Source: Bacteroides sp. CAG:927 (GTDB lineage Bacteria > Bacillota > Clostridia > Oscillospirales > Oscillospiraceae). From it: a stretch of 64,000 bases of DNA. This document shows, one piece after another, positions 63,396 through 64,000 of this stretch. Each line of letters opens with the position of its first letter. Position 1 is the stretch's first letter. Where the stretch lies: the NCBI GenBank assembly GCA_963660915.1, contig CAVLAO010000001.1, positions 83,664 through 147,663 of the forward strand, in the 5' to 3' direction. Under the pieces are notes generated by a model. That model was not told the origin of the DNA and did not search any database. It was given only the letters and a program-made list of their open reading frames with translations. The position numbers and the translations under genes are program-made.

Positions 63396-63848
63396 TTATA
63401 GTTGCACCCCTCTAAAAAATTTTTCATATTTTCTATAGAGTCTTGAGTTTTTATGCAGTACACTTGTTGTTCTGCTGAAAGAACCGTTTTTATTCTGGCT
63501 AAAACCTTTTTCGTAAATATGGTAATGAAGCACTTTTGCTTTTCCTTTTGCAATAGATTGCTCAGAATGATATGCAATTTCAAGTCGGAGATTGTGCTCC
63601 CTATCGTAGACTCTCATTGTGTTGAATGTACCATCCGGATTCATTTTCAAATAGGCAACACTAGAATGTGCAGATTCTGGCAATCCATGCTTCCCTGTTC
63701 CTTCTATTCCTTTTAAGACCTTTACACCGTACAACTTACCATCTGGTGAAAAATTTGTATCAACTTCATATGTATATGCTACAGAAATTCCCGCAGCAAA
63801 AGTTCCTCTTCCTCCCAAATCAACGCGCCACCTTTCTTGAACGGACAT
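63396..63848 (-). CDS. Hypothetical roughly 150-aa protein (AT-rich element)
   Basis: MSVQERWRVDLGGRGTFAAG...MRVYDREHNLRLEIAYHSE...VLHYHIYEKG... The start is ambiguous: ATG 63848 or TTG 63860. Either way it overlaps the end of the upstream gene. No family recognised. Confidence 0.5.
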   Translation of the reverse strand: MSVQERWRVDLGGRGTFAAGISVAYTYEVDTNFSPDGKLYGVKVLKGIEGTGKHGLPESAHSSVAYLKMNPDGTFNTMRVYDREHNLRLEIAYHSEQSIAKGKAKVLHYHIYEKGFSQNKNGSFSRTTSVLHKNSRLYRKYEKFFRGVQL

Positions 63849-64000
63849 AATCAACAACAATCACATTTCCATCCATTTCAGCAAACGGTGTTCCAAACAC
63901 AATAACATTCTCTGGTTGTAAACGCTCCCTCATTTCATTGTATCCATGTAGAAAGGCTCTTTTTCCTCTCTTGCATCCTATCATGCCTACAGCAACCGTT
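63820..64000 (-). CDS. C-terminal fragment of a DUF4417-like (phage/plasmid-associated) protein; 5' part lies outside the window
   Basis: My translation of the minus strand is ...TVAVGMIGCKRGKRAFLHGYNEMRERLQPENVIVFGTPFAEMDGNVIVVDYVRSRKVAR*. The ...GY.EM.ERL.P..I..FG... pattern matches my recollection of DUF4417 C-termini. It is not in the ORF track because no start lies in the window. Confidence 0.45.
   Translation of the reverse strand, partial: TVAVGMIGCKRGKRAFLHGYNEMRERLQPENVIVFGTPFAEMDGNVIVVDYVRSRKVAR

Noticed and set aside
1-64000. Search for CRISPR arrays, rRNA/tRNA genes, IS elements/transposases, integrases and known defence genes (restriction-modification, Cas, Abi, retron RT, etc.)
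   Set aside because: I saw no regularly spaced direct repeats, no tRNA- or rRNA-like sequence, and no protein with transposase, integrase, nuclease-helicase or reverse-transcriptase motifs. The only accessory-looking DNA is the Fic islet and the right-edge element.

Overview
This is a 64-kb core-chromosome segment from a high-GC, monoderm, anaerobe-like Firmicute. Class Clostridia fits; Oscillospiraceae/Ruminococcaceae-like is only my inference from gene content. I support about 69 protein genes, 2 riboswitches (TPP and yybP-ykoY/Mn), and several sigma-70-type promoters and intrinsic terminators. I found no rRNA, tRNA, CRISPR array, transposase or integrase.

Layout:
- 1-5.4 kb: DUF975 membrane protein, then a 3-gene Fe-S/flavin oxidoreductase operon.
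- 5.6-11.7 kb: parE-parC (topoisomerase IV-like), LUD protein, transglutaminase-like lipoprotein.
- 12.1-15.9 kb: LTA-synthase-family protein and pyrG.
- 16.5-32.7 kb: the complete S10-spc-alpha ribosomal supercluster on the minus strand (rpsJ to rplQ, including secY, adk, map, infA, rpoA), with its promoter and leader.
- 32.8-34.7 kb: Crp/Fnr regulator divergent from a ferredoxin-like pair.
- 34.7-37.3 kb: HAD-GNAT fusion, and thiT under a TPP riboswitch.
- 37.5-40.8 kb: YheO-like regulator, pepV-like dipeptidase, cinA.
- 40.9-44.8 kb: an orphan RND pump carrying a roughly 260-aa coiled-coil insertion.
- 44.9-51.5 kb: SDR, cupin, MFS, GntP and enoate-reductase block.
- 51.6-53.9 kb: an AT-richer islet with a class II Fic gene plus a poly(A)-frameshifted two-TM gene.
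- 53.9-63.0 kb: ppdK, MATE, Mn riboswitch-mntP, ylmH, DUF896, and a large L,D-transpeptidase.
- 63.1-64.0 kb: the edge of an AT-rich mobile or phage-like element.

Most of the window is ordinary housekeeping. The best leads for something undescribed are:
- the Fic/two-TM islet, with its paired operators and homopolymer frameshift;
- the coiled-coil-bearing adaptor-less RND transporter;
- the Fe-S/flavoprotein reductase operon;
- the unusually long structured spacers inside the ribosomal operon;
- the truncated element at the right edge.

All family assignments come from motif recognition by eye. No database search was run.
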